A DNA stretch of 64,000 nt from Zygnema circumcarinatum SAG 698-1b. Its lineage: Eukaryota; Plantae; Zygnematophyceae. The notes under the pieces are model-generated. The model saw only the letters and a program-made list of their open reading frames with translations, was not told where the DNA came from and searched no databases. Below, one piece after another: positions 25,179 through 37,005 of this stretch. The stretch covers positions 3,906,001 through 3,970,000 of the forward strand of contig CM074806.1 in NCBI GenBank assembly GCA_037447605.1, written 5' to 3'. The translations under genes were made by a program, and so were the position numbers. Each line of letters begins with the position of its first letter. Position 1 is the first letter of the stretch.

Positions 25179-25604
25179 CTTCATGGGCACACAGCCAATC
25201 GCAACCAATGGAGCGTGTGAAGCCCAATTGCGGACGACACATCAATGGTACATTTGAGTTTGAAACTCAGACAGCATCATCAATTCAATTGCGTGTTAGA
25301 ATTATTTTTTTTGTAAATTTCAATAAATAAAAGTCGTTTCAAATGATATGAAGTAAGCACTCGTAATGTACAGGAAAGCCTTCGAAAGGTGTCTGTAGAT
25401 TTTCGGGTTCGAACGAGGGGAGGGGGCTTGACATATGCGAGGCTAGCAGGCATAAGCTATGCGGGCTGCGGTATGCAATAGGGCGGCGGGCAACATTAAG
25501 GTAAGAAGTAATATGCTACTACTATGCATGCATGTTACCACGCTAATACTTTCATGAATGCGTACATGCATGCATGCATATTACATTCTCAAACCGCCTA
25601 TGGT

Positions 25605-28600
25605 TTACGGAATCAAGCTCTTGCTCCATTCTGGGTTTGATCTCAGAAAGACTGCCGCGAGCCATATTCCAAGGAAGGTGATGAACGATTCCACGGCGAA
25701 ATGTCCCTCTCCAACCAGAAGAGAAGTATCCATAAACTTTGCATACACCCAAACTGCCATGAAAGATATTGCCGTGTTCCGAAAGCTCTGCAGCAAACCA
25801 CACAAGAAGTATCGTTGGTTGGAGAGAAAGACAGCTAGAAAGGAGCGAACGTAGATGAGCTCTGCCAATGCTTCAATTTTGAAAAGGCAAGTGTGAAAAG
25901 TTCACCAGGTAGTCGATCACGGTGCCAAAGAAGTACATCGCGGCTATAATGATGAGGAACATAGCATTCCTCACAGTGTAGGACAACCATGCCGTTGCTT
26001 CCCTGCACAATTCAACCAAATCGTTACGAGAGTCTGCCAGACAGAAAGTATGGAGGCAATAACAACGACGTGAAACTTTTTGGGTTCTTCAATTCAGCAG
26101 CCAAAGCGTACTCATACATTTATCTCCTTGGGCGAGCCTGGCAAACAAAACCTCCCAATGACTGTGTCGAGAGAGTCGTCAATTAACGAAAAGAAAGTGC
26201 ACAGTTTTTTCGCGGTTATTGATCCCTCCATGCAACATCCAGGCCTTGAGAAAAGGACTCACCACCAGCCAGCACCAATCAAAAATGCAGAAAGGAAAAT
26301 AAGTGGGCCAAAAAAATAAAGGCCGATCCGATAGGGTCCATACACGCGTTCAGCTCCGAGCAGCTGCATTTATCGTTGACCAGGCAAACATCATATCCAA
26401 GTAACGACTGGCATGAGTTTGAAGCAGAAACTATTACAAAACGAATCTAATGGGCAACTGCAGAATTACAGAAACGACTTCTACAGGGAACAAGTGGAAG
26501 TGGTGTGCAGGGGGAGGGAAAGGCAGAAGGAGGGACGAAACAATCGGATCAGGGAAAGGCGGGAAGGTCTAACGAGAAGAGAATACTGCAGAAAGAGATT
26601 CAGAGTGAATGTAAGGACGCAAAAGAGTGGAAAGGGAAAAGGAATTTAGTAGAATTGAAAGGGAGAATTGCGAAGAGTAGAGAATGGAAAGGCATAATAA
26701 TTCACAGATGAATTTCTTTAATTTTTTGTGATTTTACAATGAGCGGGAGGGACAAGAAAACGAGAGGAGATGAAATACAGACGAGAGATGGCGGGGATGG
26801 AGAAAGCATGAGCCCATAGAGAAGCGGGAGAGCAGAAGCGGGAAATTGGGGAGATGGGAATGGGAAGTGCGAGAGAAGCGGGAGGACTGGGAGGAGGAGA
26901 CGAAGAAGAGCAAGCAGAAGTTTATATAAGAAATGGGGGGATGACAACAGTATTTGAAGCACAGGAAGAGGAGGGTAGACGGTACGAGCGACGCGAAGGG
27001 GAAGAAGGAAAGGACAGTGAAACATGGAAGAGATGTCCCGGAAAGATGAGTGAGATGGCGAAAGGTCAGAGAGAACACACCTTGAGAACAAGGAGCACCA
27101 AAGTTACAAGAAAAGCAGACACCGACCAGGCATCTACGTCTTGAGACACGGATTCATATATTAAAGAGAGCAATCCCCCAAATAAAGCGAAAGCTGCCAC
27201 AAAACCCAGAAGTCCCGAGTCGAACTGCAACTGCAAAAGAACATCACCATTGTCGTTAACGATACAAGAATATCAAATGTTCCAACTGCGGTCCAACATG
27301 CTCTCTCTATCTCGGATCTCTCTGCGAGAGATACTTTACTGCAAAATCAGCCACATGTTCTCCCTTGCTTGTAGAGTGCATTTCTTACCTTGTTCACTAA
27401 CGGCACAAGTGATAAACAAAGATAGAAACATTGAAAGGAAGCGGTAATTCGAAAATCCATGAACGATATATAGTCCACTGCGTAGGAATATCCGGCCATG
27501 GTCAAAACACAGCCTGAAATAGCCACCAATTCGCGCGAGCCTCGGGGACAGCAAAGGGAAACTGCAACGAGGTAGAGGCAGGCGAGCCAAAAGCAGAGCT
27601 CCCATAGTACTTCGAGCCTTTGCAGCACGCGATAGAGATCGACTAGGACGTTTGCAAGCCATTCCAAATACGGTCTGCATGAAGGACTTGCAAGGAGGTA
27701 TATATCAGCAAATGGGTGCGACAGGGAGTCACGTCTACAGCATGTGTATGGTCGTTATGTTGTGTTGATCGAAGTCGACTATTACTTGAAACTTACTTGA
27801 AGGATTTGTCACTCACCCTCCAATGGCCATAAGGAATGGCACCACAGTGGCAGTAAGGCCGATGATGCCAATTAGCCAAAAGCAGTTGACAATAGTGAAG
27901 AATTGCGACAACCAATGGCCAATATGAAATCCAGAGCCCCGAGCATCTGCCATCTGGATCAGATCTCCAAGATTTATGAGTATATCCCTGCATCACCAGT
28001 TTATGCACACCGTGAATAACTATCATAATCATCAGTGAATAAAGAGGATATCTTGCAGACATCACACTGATTCGCACACTTTTATTGATTCAAGGAACGA
28101 TGTAGCTCATGACAAGCATGCGCTAAGTTTGTTTGCTCTTTGCTTTCAGGTTTGCGTCAAAAGTTACTGCAGCCACTATGGAATATGTTCATGCCTGTCT
28201 AATTCCTCGACCGAAACTCCAATTGCATCTGCTGCCTCTATCATATGCTGACTCTCAGATGATGGCGATGCCTCCATGCGTCCCACCGCCCGTCCAACGA
28301 GCCAAGCGGAGAATCTGTCCGGAGGCAAAAAAATCTTCTCCTGTCAAAAGAAGCAGTAAAGCGATTGAAAGGTAAGTAATACGGCGCCAAGCAAGCTGGT
28401 CGGAAGTCAAAACTTTAGAAACGCCAAGAGCTGCCCCTTGCAATTCGTGATCTCAATAGGCAAATAACCAATCAGGCTTGCCCTGTTGCATTGTAGCGCA
28501 GTCCATATTAAACATGAACTTACAATCGAATTTTGCGCCTTACAAAGCAAAAGTTCTATCTGATCGGACTTCACCAAAGAATTTAGGCACATCTTTTTCG

Positions 28601-29400
28601 TGCTAGAATTCACAAATAGCATCCTAAAGTCAAGACGATTCAAGAAAATGGAGGCACCTGGGGAGTTAAAGGTGATCCGTTGCGCCTCCGCTTTAAGAGA
28701 CTATCAACGATACCTTCACTCGCCGACGCTATCTGCTGCTCCTCTTCTGATTGGTCGGTGTGAATCGGTCTGGGCAAGATTTTTGCCACAGCTGCTACAC
28801 AGACAGCACTCCCTATTCCTATTCTGTGAGCGGCTTAGTCGATTATTGTTCTTGTTCTTTCTGTGAAATAACAATGCCCTTCAAATAATTGTTATTTTCA
28901 AGATGGATGATTAGTTTATAGTTTTAATCTACACATCGACCCGACAGAAAATGACGTCTGGGCGTTTAACTTGATTTACTTATGTACATTTAATGCTCGC
29001 GTGCAGTTTTCCTCCAATGGCCTTTAGAGAAACGGAAAACACACTGAAATGTAATCTATTCTCTAAACCAACAATGTAAATTTATGCCAGAAAATTAGTA
29101 TCAGTTTATGATTAGCACGATAATGTCAATATTGGATGAAGAACGAGACTTCAGGAAATGCTCATGCTTTCACTGATGAAATCTTCTAGTAATTTACAAA
29201 GCCTCAAAACAAAATGCAAAATCAAGCCCAATGCAGAACGAGACAGTGGCAGCATGCATGCCTCCTGGGAAGAATGCGATGGTCCAGCAGCCCCCGCAGA
29301 ACAGGATTGGGAGGCATATCCACGTGGCAACGGCTAGCCATGGCGGAGGTCCTGCATAACCTCCCTCTGCAGGAGCCCCGCTCCCACCTTCGCCCTTCAT
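25605..29400 (-). CDS. Uncharacterised multi-pass membrane protein; 5' exons uncertain
   Basis: Phase-compatible exons: DILINLGDLIQMADARGSGFHIGHWLSQFFTIVNCFWLIGIIGLTATVVPFLMAIG|GPYLEWLANVL...LVPLVNK|LQFDSGLLGFVAAFALFGG...LLVLK|LLGAERVYGPYRIGLYFFG...AGW|WEATAWLSYTVRNAMFL...IDYL|SFRNTAISFMAVWVYAK...FLRSNPEWSKSLIP*. Many hydrophobic segments. The 5' end (MKGEGGSG... at 29400) is tentative. Confidence 0.7.
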
Positions 29401-29663
29401 TGCCGCGCTGCGGCCTGCCCTCTACAGCCCCCTGTCGTCCCTCTCCCTCTCCCTCCCTCCCTCTCTCTCCCTCTCCCTTTCCCTCCCTCCCTCCCTCTCT
29501 CTCCCTCTCCCTCCCTCTCTCCCACGCTCAAATAGCGGGAAGGCGCTGCAGGAGTCGATCCAGAACTATGGCTGTATCGGCGATATCTGTATAAAATGAG
29601 GATATATCGCCGTATCGGATGTGGATTGAGGCGGAAGCCAGTGTTTCCTTGGACGGTCCGTCC

Positions 29664-30130
29664 GTACATGTTGTGCGAATGACGCCAGCCATGCGTAAAA
29701 GCGTACGGCGTGGGCGGGCTCCCACACAAAACGACAACAGTGCCGGTCAACCGTACATGTACGGATAAACCAGCCGCGTGAGGCTCACGCAACCACCCTC
29801 AAGGGTCAGTCAGCTGCGTGATCCAGCTCGCGCAACTGCTGGAAACATGGAGCGGACTGCATTTTGTCACATTTTCCCATACGTTGCTCACTCCGTGGTT
29901 CCATGCTCGGTGCCAGTTGAAACGGACCATGCGACGATATACGGACAAAGAGATGCCGTACATATCTGTACGGCGGCGAGCACGTACGGACGGATGAGCG
30001 GCAGCACTGATGACGCACTGGCTGGCGCCACGCGGCGACGCGAGGCTCTGCCACGATGGCCGCCGTGCTGGCCACGTGGCGCGCTGCCGCTGGACACCTT
30101 CCTGCCACGTGGCGCACTTGCCACGTTGCA
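29664..30130. promoter_or_regulatory. Bidirectional promoter with CGTAC cluster and G-box/ABRE cluster
   Basis: GTAC at 29664, 29703, 29753, 29759, 29958, 29968 and 29984. GCCACGTGGC at 30071 and 30104, GCCACGTTGC at 30120. Lies between two divergent genes. Confidence 0.45.
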
Positions 30131-30245
30131 AGCCCTGAGAGGGCAGAGGCGTCCCTCGGGCAGCCATGGCGGAGAGGGGGCCCTTCGCGGCACTCGCTGC
30201 AGGGGAGGGAAGGGAGGCGGGGCGTGTCGTGGGGCAGAAGAGGCC

Positions 30246-32385
30246 ATGGCGGGAGAAGCGGGAGCCATGCGGGGGTTCGAGCGTCGAGCGATCTGCCTGA
30301 TGGTACGCGCTGAAGGCCGAGCTCTTTCTGCATTTCATGGGGCGGCATGGCAAACATGTAAGGGTTGAGCTCGCTTCGGGGTTTTTTATTCTTGGATGAA
30401 TTTTAGTTGCATTCTGTGAGTTCGAATGCTTTTTTAGGGTTTCCCTTTTTTGTATGTGCGTATGGCTTCGCCTTTGAATAGGTATTGGCCACTAATGAGG
30501 TGGCTATACAACATCAAGTTTTTGGGGATGCAATTAACTTTTCGACTAGAATAGGCTTGCGACAGTTCGTTGCAATCTTATTTTGAATCTGAAGTTTTTG
30601 GAAGGCTAAGGGCTTAAATAAACACCTCGCCCCTCGAGTAATGTCCCTTGGCACCTTAAACTATGGTCCATATTGTTCTCGTTCTTGAAATGGTAAAACT
30701 CTTAGATGAAAATTAGCACTCAATTTGAAAAATCTCATGTGTACTCGCGCCCATTGCTGCATTTAACGATTTTAATCTCGTATGTGGACCCATATGCTCT
30801 CATTTATACGGTCATAAAAGATTAAAGAACTGTCATTCCGTGTTTTTCAGATGCCGTTTTCTCTGATTGCAGAGCTTCTTGAGGACTCCAAATTTGTGCC
30901 TATCCGTGAAGATGATCCTCGGTTTGGACCTCCGGTATGCTCTACGATTTTCTGAACTGTTCCTCGCTGTTCCATAGGACCCCGCCCCCGTTTCTTTGTT
31001 CCTTCTCATGTTCAAGGTCACTATGAAACTAGAAAATGCTGCTTAAATGATAAAATACAGCATATGGTGCGTAAGGCAGAGTGACTCACTCGAGCAACAT
31101 GCTTAACGATTAAGGCTGTTCATGCAGGTAACTCTGCTCATGGGATTTACGGCAAGCGAGGTTGTGAAGGCAAGCCTCTTACCTTACCATCAGTCAATAC
31201 AAAGGTATATTTCATGGTTGATGCGTCTTGAATGTATCTTTGCACGAGAAAGTAGAAGAAGAAAAGAAGTGGCCAGTAAGAAGTTAACAAGCGTGCCGGA
31301 CTAAACGTTGGCATGGCATGATGGGTAGCAGGTGCAAGAGATGTTGAACAGCATGGGTGGTGACTTTATGGAAGTAAGCATGCCATCTCCTTTCCCTTGG
31401 AAGTGTTTTTAGTCCGCTCTTGTCATTGGGTATCGTCTTTGAGACCATTGAATTTGAAAAACGCGAGTGCACGAATGGTCACTGTCTCTTTGCAATTTCA
31501 GGAAGTCAGATTGATATGGTTTCTGCCTTGACAACACGCCTCTGAATGGCATGGGCAAGGGCAGGTCAAGATATGCACGCAAAAGATGACAGACGGATCG
31601 TTAATCTCTGCAGTTCTTACGCGGCAAGAAGACCCCCTAACGGAGCAGGTAAAGGTAGAAACTTGGAGAGTTCAGGCAGTCTGAAGAAATGCGAATGTGT
31701 AACAAGTTCAGTTGGAAGGAAAGACAGTCGCAAATTTAGTGTGGTGAGCTTGAGAGTAGTACGTGAATTAAGGTATAATAGTGCTTGCAACAGCTTATTG
31801 GGCTGCCGGTCTCTTAGTGTGGCAGGCTGCATATGGACTGCCACGGATCTGCTTTCTGTCGGGGCTAACGGGGGAGGAGATTATGATGGTAGTGAACGAG
31901 TTCCCTCAGACAGGTAAGAACCCTCGTTTTCCCCTGTTTTTCTCCCAGAAATCTCACGTCACTTCTGCAATATGGCTTTGGCAGATGCAAGTCGCTGCTT
32001 TGCTATCCATCTTCTCTTTCTCTCTTTTCACTCATCTCTTTTGTGTTTCCTTCCAGGCATGCCCATGCCTGCTTTTGCAGCAATGGTGCCAAAGAACGCC
32101 AATAAGCCTCTGAGCGTTCTCGTTGATGAGATCATGGACGACCACAGGCGACTGGTAAGTGAGGAGGAAAGACAGTTTATATTTTGAGTTGCACATAAAC
32201 AAGTTTATTTTCAGGAATCTGTAGCTCATTTGCACCTGGAAGATTAGCACAGCCTCCATTTGTGTCATCAACCTGTTCATCTCACTCCTGCACTCCTCGT
32301 TTCAGTGATACACTACCTCTGTTTCCTTAGGATGTCATTCCACCCTTGTTTTACCCTTTCTTTTTTGCAGACAACCGCCAAATGA
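30246..32385 (+). CDS. DUF3783-like protein, probably plastid-targeted
   Basis: Exons DSKFVPIREDDPRFGPP, VTLLMGFTASEV, LPRICFLSGLTGEEIMMVVNEFPQTG, MPMPAFAAMVPKNANKPLSVLVDEIMDDHRRL and TTAK*. They resemble plant DUF3783 proteins as recalled. The start codon is tentative. Confidence 0.75.
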
Positions 32386-32804
32386 GCGAGTTCCAATCGA
32401 CAACATTGAGTCATTGACAAAGCTACGAAGAAGATCTGAAGTAACAGTCTTCCCAAGTTTTTCTGGCGTTCTTACGGAGAGAAAAGCAAAGGATGTGGCA
32501 TTGATCTAAGAAAAGTCTTGCTTTGAAAAACTTCCGGCGGCTCCGCTAGTTGCGTGCAAGCATGGTAGAAGAGATACAAGGAGAAATGAACGTGCCCTGA
32601 ATCCTTTAAGCAACTCCTCATTTTGATTAATTTTTGTAGCTAGAAGTATGAGAATACTTTCATTGCTTGAAAGAAAATTCGCAAAAAATAAGAAAAAACA
32701 CATCGAAAATTGTTTGTTCCAACCGATTAGTAAAATCGGTAAAAGCTGCAACAACAAGGAAAAGAAAAAGGCAAAAGAAAAAAGGAAAAGAAAAAGGAAA
32801 AGGA

Positions 32805-33300
32805 AAAGGCAACTCGGAAAAGCATGTGCCAAAGCTCGAAGCGCACGATTGTGTGCCAAAGCAAACAAAGGGCCCCCCAAAGGGTCGCCCTAGCGTGTCC
32901 CGGTCACAGACTCAAATGTCGCAGCTCCTTCACAAGCATCGCCGAAGGGAGAAGGAGCGGGCTCGAACAAGAATGAAATGCGTGCACTGAAGGGAAAAGA
33001 GAACCAATCGGGGCAGGCACCTCTCTTAACTCACGAAATATTTCCTGACGATGAGAGACCGTGTTAAAAGCATTCGTCACATCCACCTGCAAAACAACAA
33101 CGCAATATCGCAATATCACAATATGGGTGAAGATCCAGCGTCGCACCAACCCCCAGGGGTCGCCACACCAAATTAATAAGGGGTAAAATGGTCCTGAAAA
33201 CGCCCCTGCAACTGAAAACACATTGCGCGAGCAACCACGCGATACATCCCCCCCCCCCGGGGCAATGGGGCGAGTTCCTCCTGCAGGCTTGGCAAGGGCA
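32805..33300 (-). mobile_element. Decayed non-LTR retrotransposon RT fragment (CRE/SLACS-like clade)
   Basis: Across frameshifts and stops the minus strand reads LAKPAGGTRPIA...YRVVARAMCFQLQGRFQDHFTPY*FGVATPGG...VLQVDVTNAFNTVS...EIFREL...SVTGTR*GDPLGGPLFALAHNRALRALAHAFPSCLF. These are RT motifs with in-frame stops at conserved Q codons. Confidence 0.8.
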
Positions 33301-33379
33301 TATTCATATGAATATGTTTCACAATTGCTTCAGACTCATATATCATATATCACGAGTCGCCAGTTAAATTAGGGTTTTA

Positions 33380-35708
33380 ATGTCTCCTCCCGTCTCGTAT
33401 TTTAGGGAGGTTTTTTTCTCGACCAGGAGCTTCTCGCTGCTTTGCACACGCACATGCATTCGGTGGAGGCCTATTGCTATTCTCTCATGTAGCTCGCGCG
33501 TCTCCTGTGACAACTGTAACCATTCCATTTCGAGAACAATAAGGCTTACTTCTTCGTATGCTGCCAGAACGAGCGAGAACCGGGATGATCCCCATGAAAA
33601 AAATGCAATCCGCAGTTCTGCGAGCACGTCCTCAACAGAGAAGCTGGCAGTTGCTGCACTTTCGGGAGTGGCGGATAGAAGAAATACGCAGAGGGGAGCC
33701 ACAAGCTTCCAAAAGGCACCACTTGTTGCGGACGAGGGGCCTCTGTCAGTTCTCTACGAGGATGAGGACATTCTGGTCAGTTTTCGTTTTATAACACGGC
33801 TACAAATCTTGCGTACATACTGACTTACAATTTTGGCACTGGAAACAGGGTCCAAGGTGCATTCACCATGATTGTGAGTGAATCGAGTTATACAGTTTTG
33901 AGCTACATTTGAAGCTCTTGTCACCTTAATACCTTTTCCTCCTTTTTTTCTCAAGCTTGCATATTGGCACGGAGACAAGCTAGTACGTCAGACCATTTCC
34001 AACTAAGAATGTGACCCGATGTTTTTTATTCATGCTTCTCTAACGCTCCACCATTTCAACCCTCGTCCTCTGAGTGGCACGTTTTTATTACATGAAGAGT
34101 TATACATTCTTTCGCTGTTTTTACAGGTGATAAATAAACCGGCAGGTTTGAAGCATGAACCTCTTCATCGTTTTGTTGGAGGCAGCCTCGTAAACCGTGT
34201 GGTCAGAATTTCCACCTGCCAAAAGAAATGAAATCAGCACTGGTCAAGACTGAGAATGTTCTCTTTGCACATTTGAACGGCCTTGTATCCACGGTATCCA
34301 TGAAAACTCTGATCCAACCGTAGGAAAAACATCTCGGGCACGTTTGTGCTTCTGGAAAAAATGCCCTGTTTATCTTTGAGAAATCCTAATGTACGCCTAT
34401 GAAAATTTCCTCATGGCCAGGTCGGATATCTACGGAAAGAACCCTTCATAGTGCATAGATTGGACATGTATACAAGCGGGGTTGTGATGTTTGGAAAACG
34501 GCGTGAAGTGTTAAGGCCATTGGTGGAGCAATTTCAGAACAATCAGGTGAATTGAATTGAATCAGTGGTTATCGGAACTCCGCTTTCAGCATGCTTCAGA
34601 GGCAGACGCCATCCAGATTCACCTCAGATTGAAATGCAATTCATATAAATATGGGCTACACGGTTGTTTCATAGTCTGTAGCCACACATGATGTGACGCA
34701 GGTCCATCAGTGGATGACAAACTCATCTGCCACGATATGCTGCTTTATTATATTTGATGATGTTGAGGCAAACACAGAGAAACGCGCCCCCCCCTTTTTT
34801 TTTTTGAATCATTGTTCCCTAAACCTTGCCCTCAACTGCAGGTGAGCAAGCGATATGTGGTTCTAGTAGTCGGCTTGCCCCCATCTTTCTTCACTGTGGA
34901 CGCCCGTATAGGACGAGACAGCAACCATAAGTTTGCTCGAACAGTTTGTGCAGACGGGCAAAGCGCCACAACTCATTTCAAATTGCTGGCAGCAAATCAG
35001 CAGTCAGGGTAAGGGCAAATGACAAACTACCTCCATTTTCCATCCTCTGCAATCTCCATTCCCTTTTGAAGGTTAAGTTGTAATGCCCTTGCATTTGATT
35101 CAGAAATGCATCAGAGTCTGTTGAAGTCTCAGCACGAGAAACGTATGTGCAGGGTCTCCCTTTTGGAAGCAATTCTCGTCACCGGGAGAACGCATCAAAT
35201 TAGGGTTCACCTTCAGCATGCTGGGTACCCTGTACTCGGAGACGAGATTTACGGTTGTGTCCCTGTTTTGTGGGACGGTGTATATGGGCGTAACCTTTCG
35301 TCCACAAATCGCCTGCATATGAAGCTAGATAAAGATACGAGTGGGATCGTAGATCCACATCTCGATCACCCGTTGCAAGGCACACACAGCAGTTGCATTT
35401 CTGCCAATAATGCCTCTTTGGGATCCAGGTCTGAAGCGACATTGCCGAGAAATTGTGAGTTCCCAGAGGAGATTCAGGGACCATCTTTATTAGACAAACG
35501 AGTGCTCAGCAATCAGGAACAAGGGATGGTGGTGGATGGAGAGAATGTGCTCCCTATGCAAAGACAGGCGTTACACGCGATGCTGCTCTCCTTGAAACAT
35601 CCTTCAACGGGAGCCATGATGGCATTTGTAGCAGAAATTCCTGAAGATTTTAAGGCAGCGTTGTTTGCTTGTGGAATTCAGGTGCCAGATGAGGTACTCG
35701 CCCAATGA
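33380..35708 (+). CDS. RluA-family RNA pseudouridine synthase, organelle-targeted
   Basis: VLYEDEDIL|VINKPAGL, catalytic IVHRLDMYTSG, VSKRYVVLVVG, LVTGRTHQIRVHLQHAGYPVLGDEIYG and RQALHAMLLSLKHPSTG. The N-terminus is Ser/Arg-rich. Confidence 0.9.
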
Positions 35709-35774
35709 AAAAAATCCAGAAGCACATTCACGTGTAGTATTCCTTGTCCTCGTGCCATGGTCTTTGGATTCTCT

Positions 35775-35936
35775 TGTTACCTTCCCGGCTACTTCTAGGG
35801 CGGGCTGCGTTGTTGAGCCTAGGCGTAGCTTTCCGCTTCTTGCTTTTTTTGCTTTTTCTTTTTGGTTTCCCCACGCTGATTTTGTCGATGCACATTTGAT
35901 GGCATCATCGCCATCGTGAGATCAATGTCACATCAC
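35775..35936 (-). other. Dispersed hairpin element, copy 4, with 31-aa small ORF (35819-35914)
   Basis: Minus strand reads MAMMPSNVHRQNQRGETKKKKQKKQEAESYA*. The hairpin GATGGC-gatgat-GCCATC overlaps the ATG. Confidence 0.6.
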
Positions 35937-35995
35937 TTTCCTGATTATAGTAAATTTTGCAGTCAAATTTAATTAGATACACTTTTTATCACATA

Positions 35996-36069
35996 TCCGT
36001 TGTCGTCCAGCCTGGTTAGGATACCTGGCTTTCACCCAGGCGACCCGGGTTCAAATCCCGGCAACGGAG
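35996..36069 (+). tRNA. trnE-UUC: tRNA-Glu (anticodon TTC)
   Basis: Acceptor stem TCCGTTG/CAACGGA plus G, anticodon arm CCTGG-CTTTCAC-CCAGG, T arm CCGGG-TTCAAAT-CCCGG. A TTTTT Pol III terminator follows at 36072-36076. Confidence 0.95.
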
Positions 36070-36266
36070 GCTTTTTGATTTTTGTAGTCGATGGCACCTA
36101 CCTTCGCGTTCCTTTTTTCAACGGTAGCAACGATGTAGGCCGGCAGGAGCTCTGCGGTCCGTCGGATCAAGTTCTTCCTCCAATCTCCACCGTCCAATCC
36201 GTTGACCGTCTCCTTGCCGGCCCTTTCCCTGCGTCGCAACCGCCGCGCCCTCGTCTCCAACTTTCG

Positions 36267-36731
36267 GTACTACCGTACAATTACCATGCACATTCCGTAC
36301 AACTATGGTACCTTTTTGTGCATGTTCGTACAAGACGAGGGATGGCAAAAAGTCCGTACAAAGGGACTTTTAGAGATTTTTAGATTTCAGAATTTGGACA
36401 TTCTAATACTGGAAAGTTACAACTTTAGAACACTTTTACAACGACCGTACTACCGTTGAAATTGAATGACACATACGGTCGTACGGTTTGCGAATTGGCG
36501 CTGGCCCGTCCGAGACCCTGCCGTATGACCGTACAATCGTATAGCAATAAAGCCGTTTCAGAAGCGTTTTATAAAACGGCCTGACATTTAAAATTTTTGA
36601 TTGCAATTCTGCGTTCTAATATCCGTCCGTACACAGGACACTCTTGGAGCGGAGTGTTCACGCAGGCCCGTTCTCCATCGCGAGCCGTTTTTAGGTGCCA
36701 GCGTCGGCCAATGGATGCCTTCCCAGTGTAC
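36267..36731. promoter_or_regulatory. CGTAC cluster upstream of Tudor-SN
   Basis: Eleven GTAC cores (eight of them CGTAC) at 36267, 36275, 36297, 36308, 36328, 36356, 36447, 36481, 36531, 36629 and 36728. Confidence 0.45.
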
Positions 36732-36919
36732 AAAATGTGCACGTGGCGATCTCCGGTTGGTTGATTCCCGTAGTTTTTTTTTTTCTTTGAAAGTTTGGTA
36801 TTGCAGACAAGGCAGGCTCACCAGTTTTCCTGGAGCCACCACCTGCAATTCCTCACCTGCCTGCAGCAGCAGTCGCAGCTTCAAGGGCGGCATTGCAGGG
36901 TGTGGGAGAAGCGGGGGAG

Positions 36920-36965
<46 letters not shown>

Positions 36966-37005
36966 AGGGAGGCAGAGTGAGAGAGAGGAAGGGAGGTTAG
37001 CAGGC

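Noticed and set aside
28250-28285. Reverse-orientation sixth copy of the hairpin element (ctctcagatgatggcgatgcc)
   Set aside because: Only about 20 nt of loose similarity, with no second hairpin arm and no flanking homology.
29778-30368. Several overlapping 120-196-aa ORFs on both strands
   Set aside because: GC-rich bidirectional promoter where stop codons are scarce; no homology signal.
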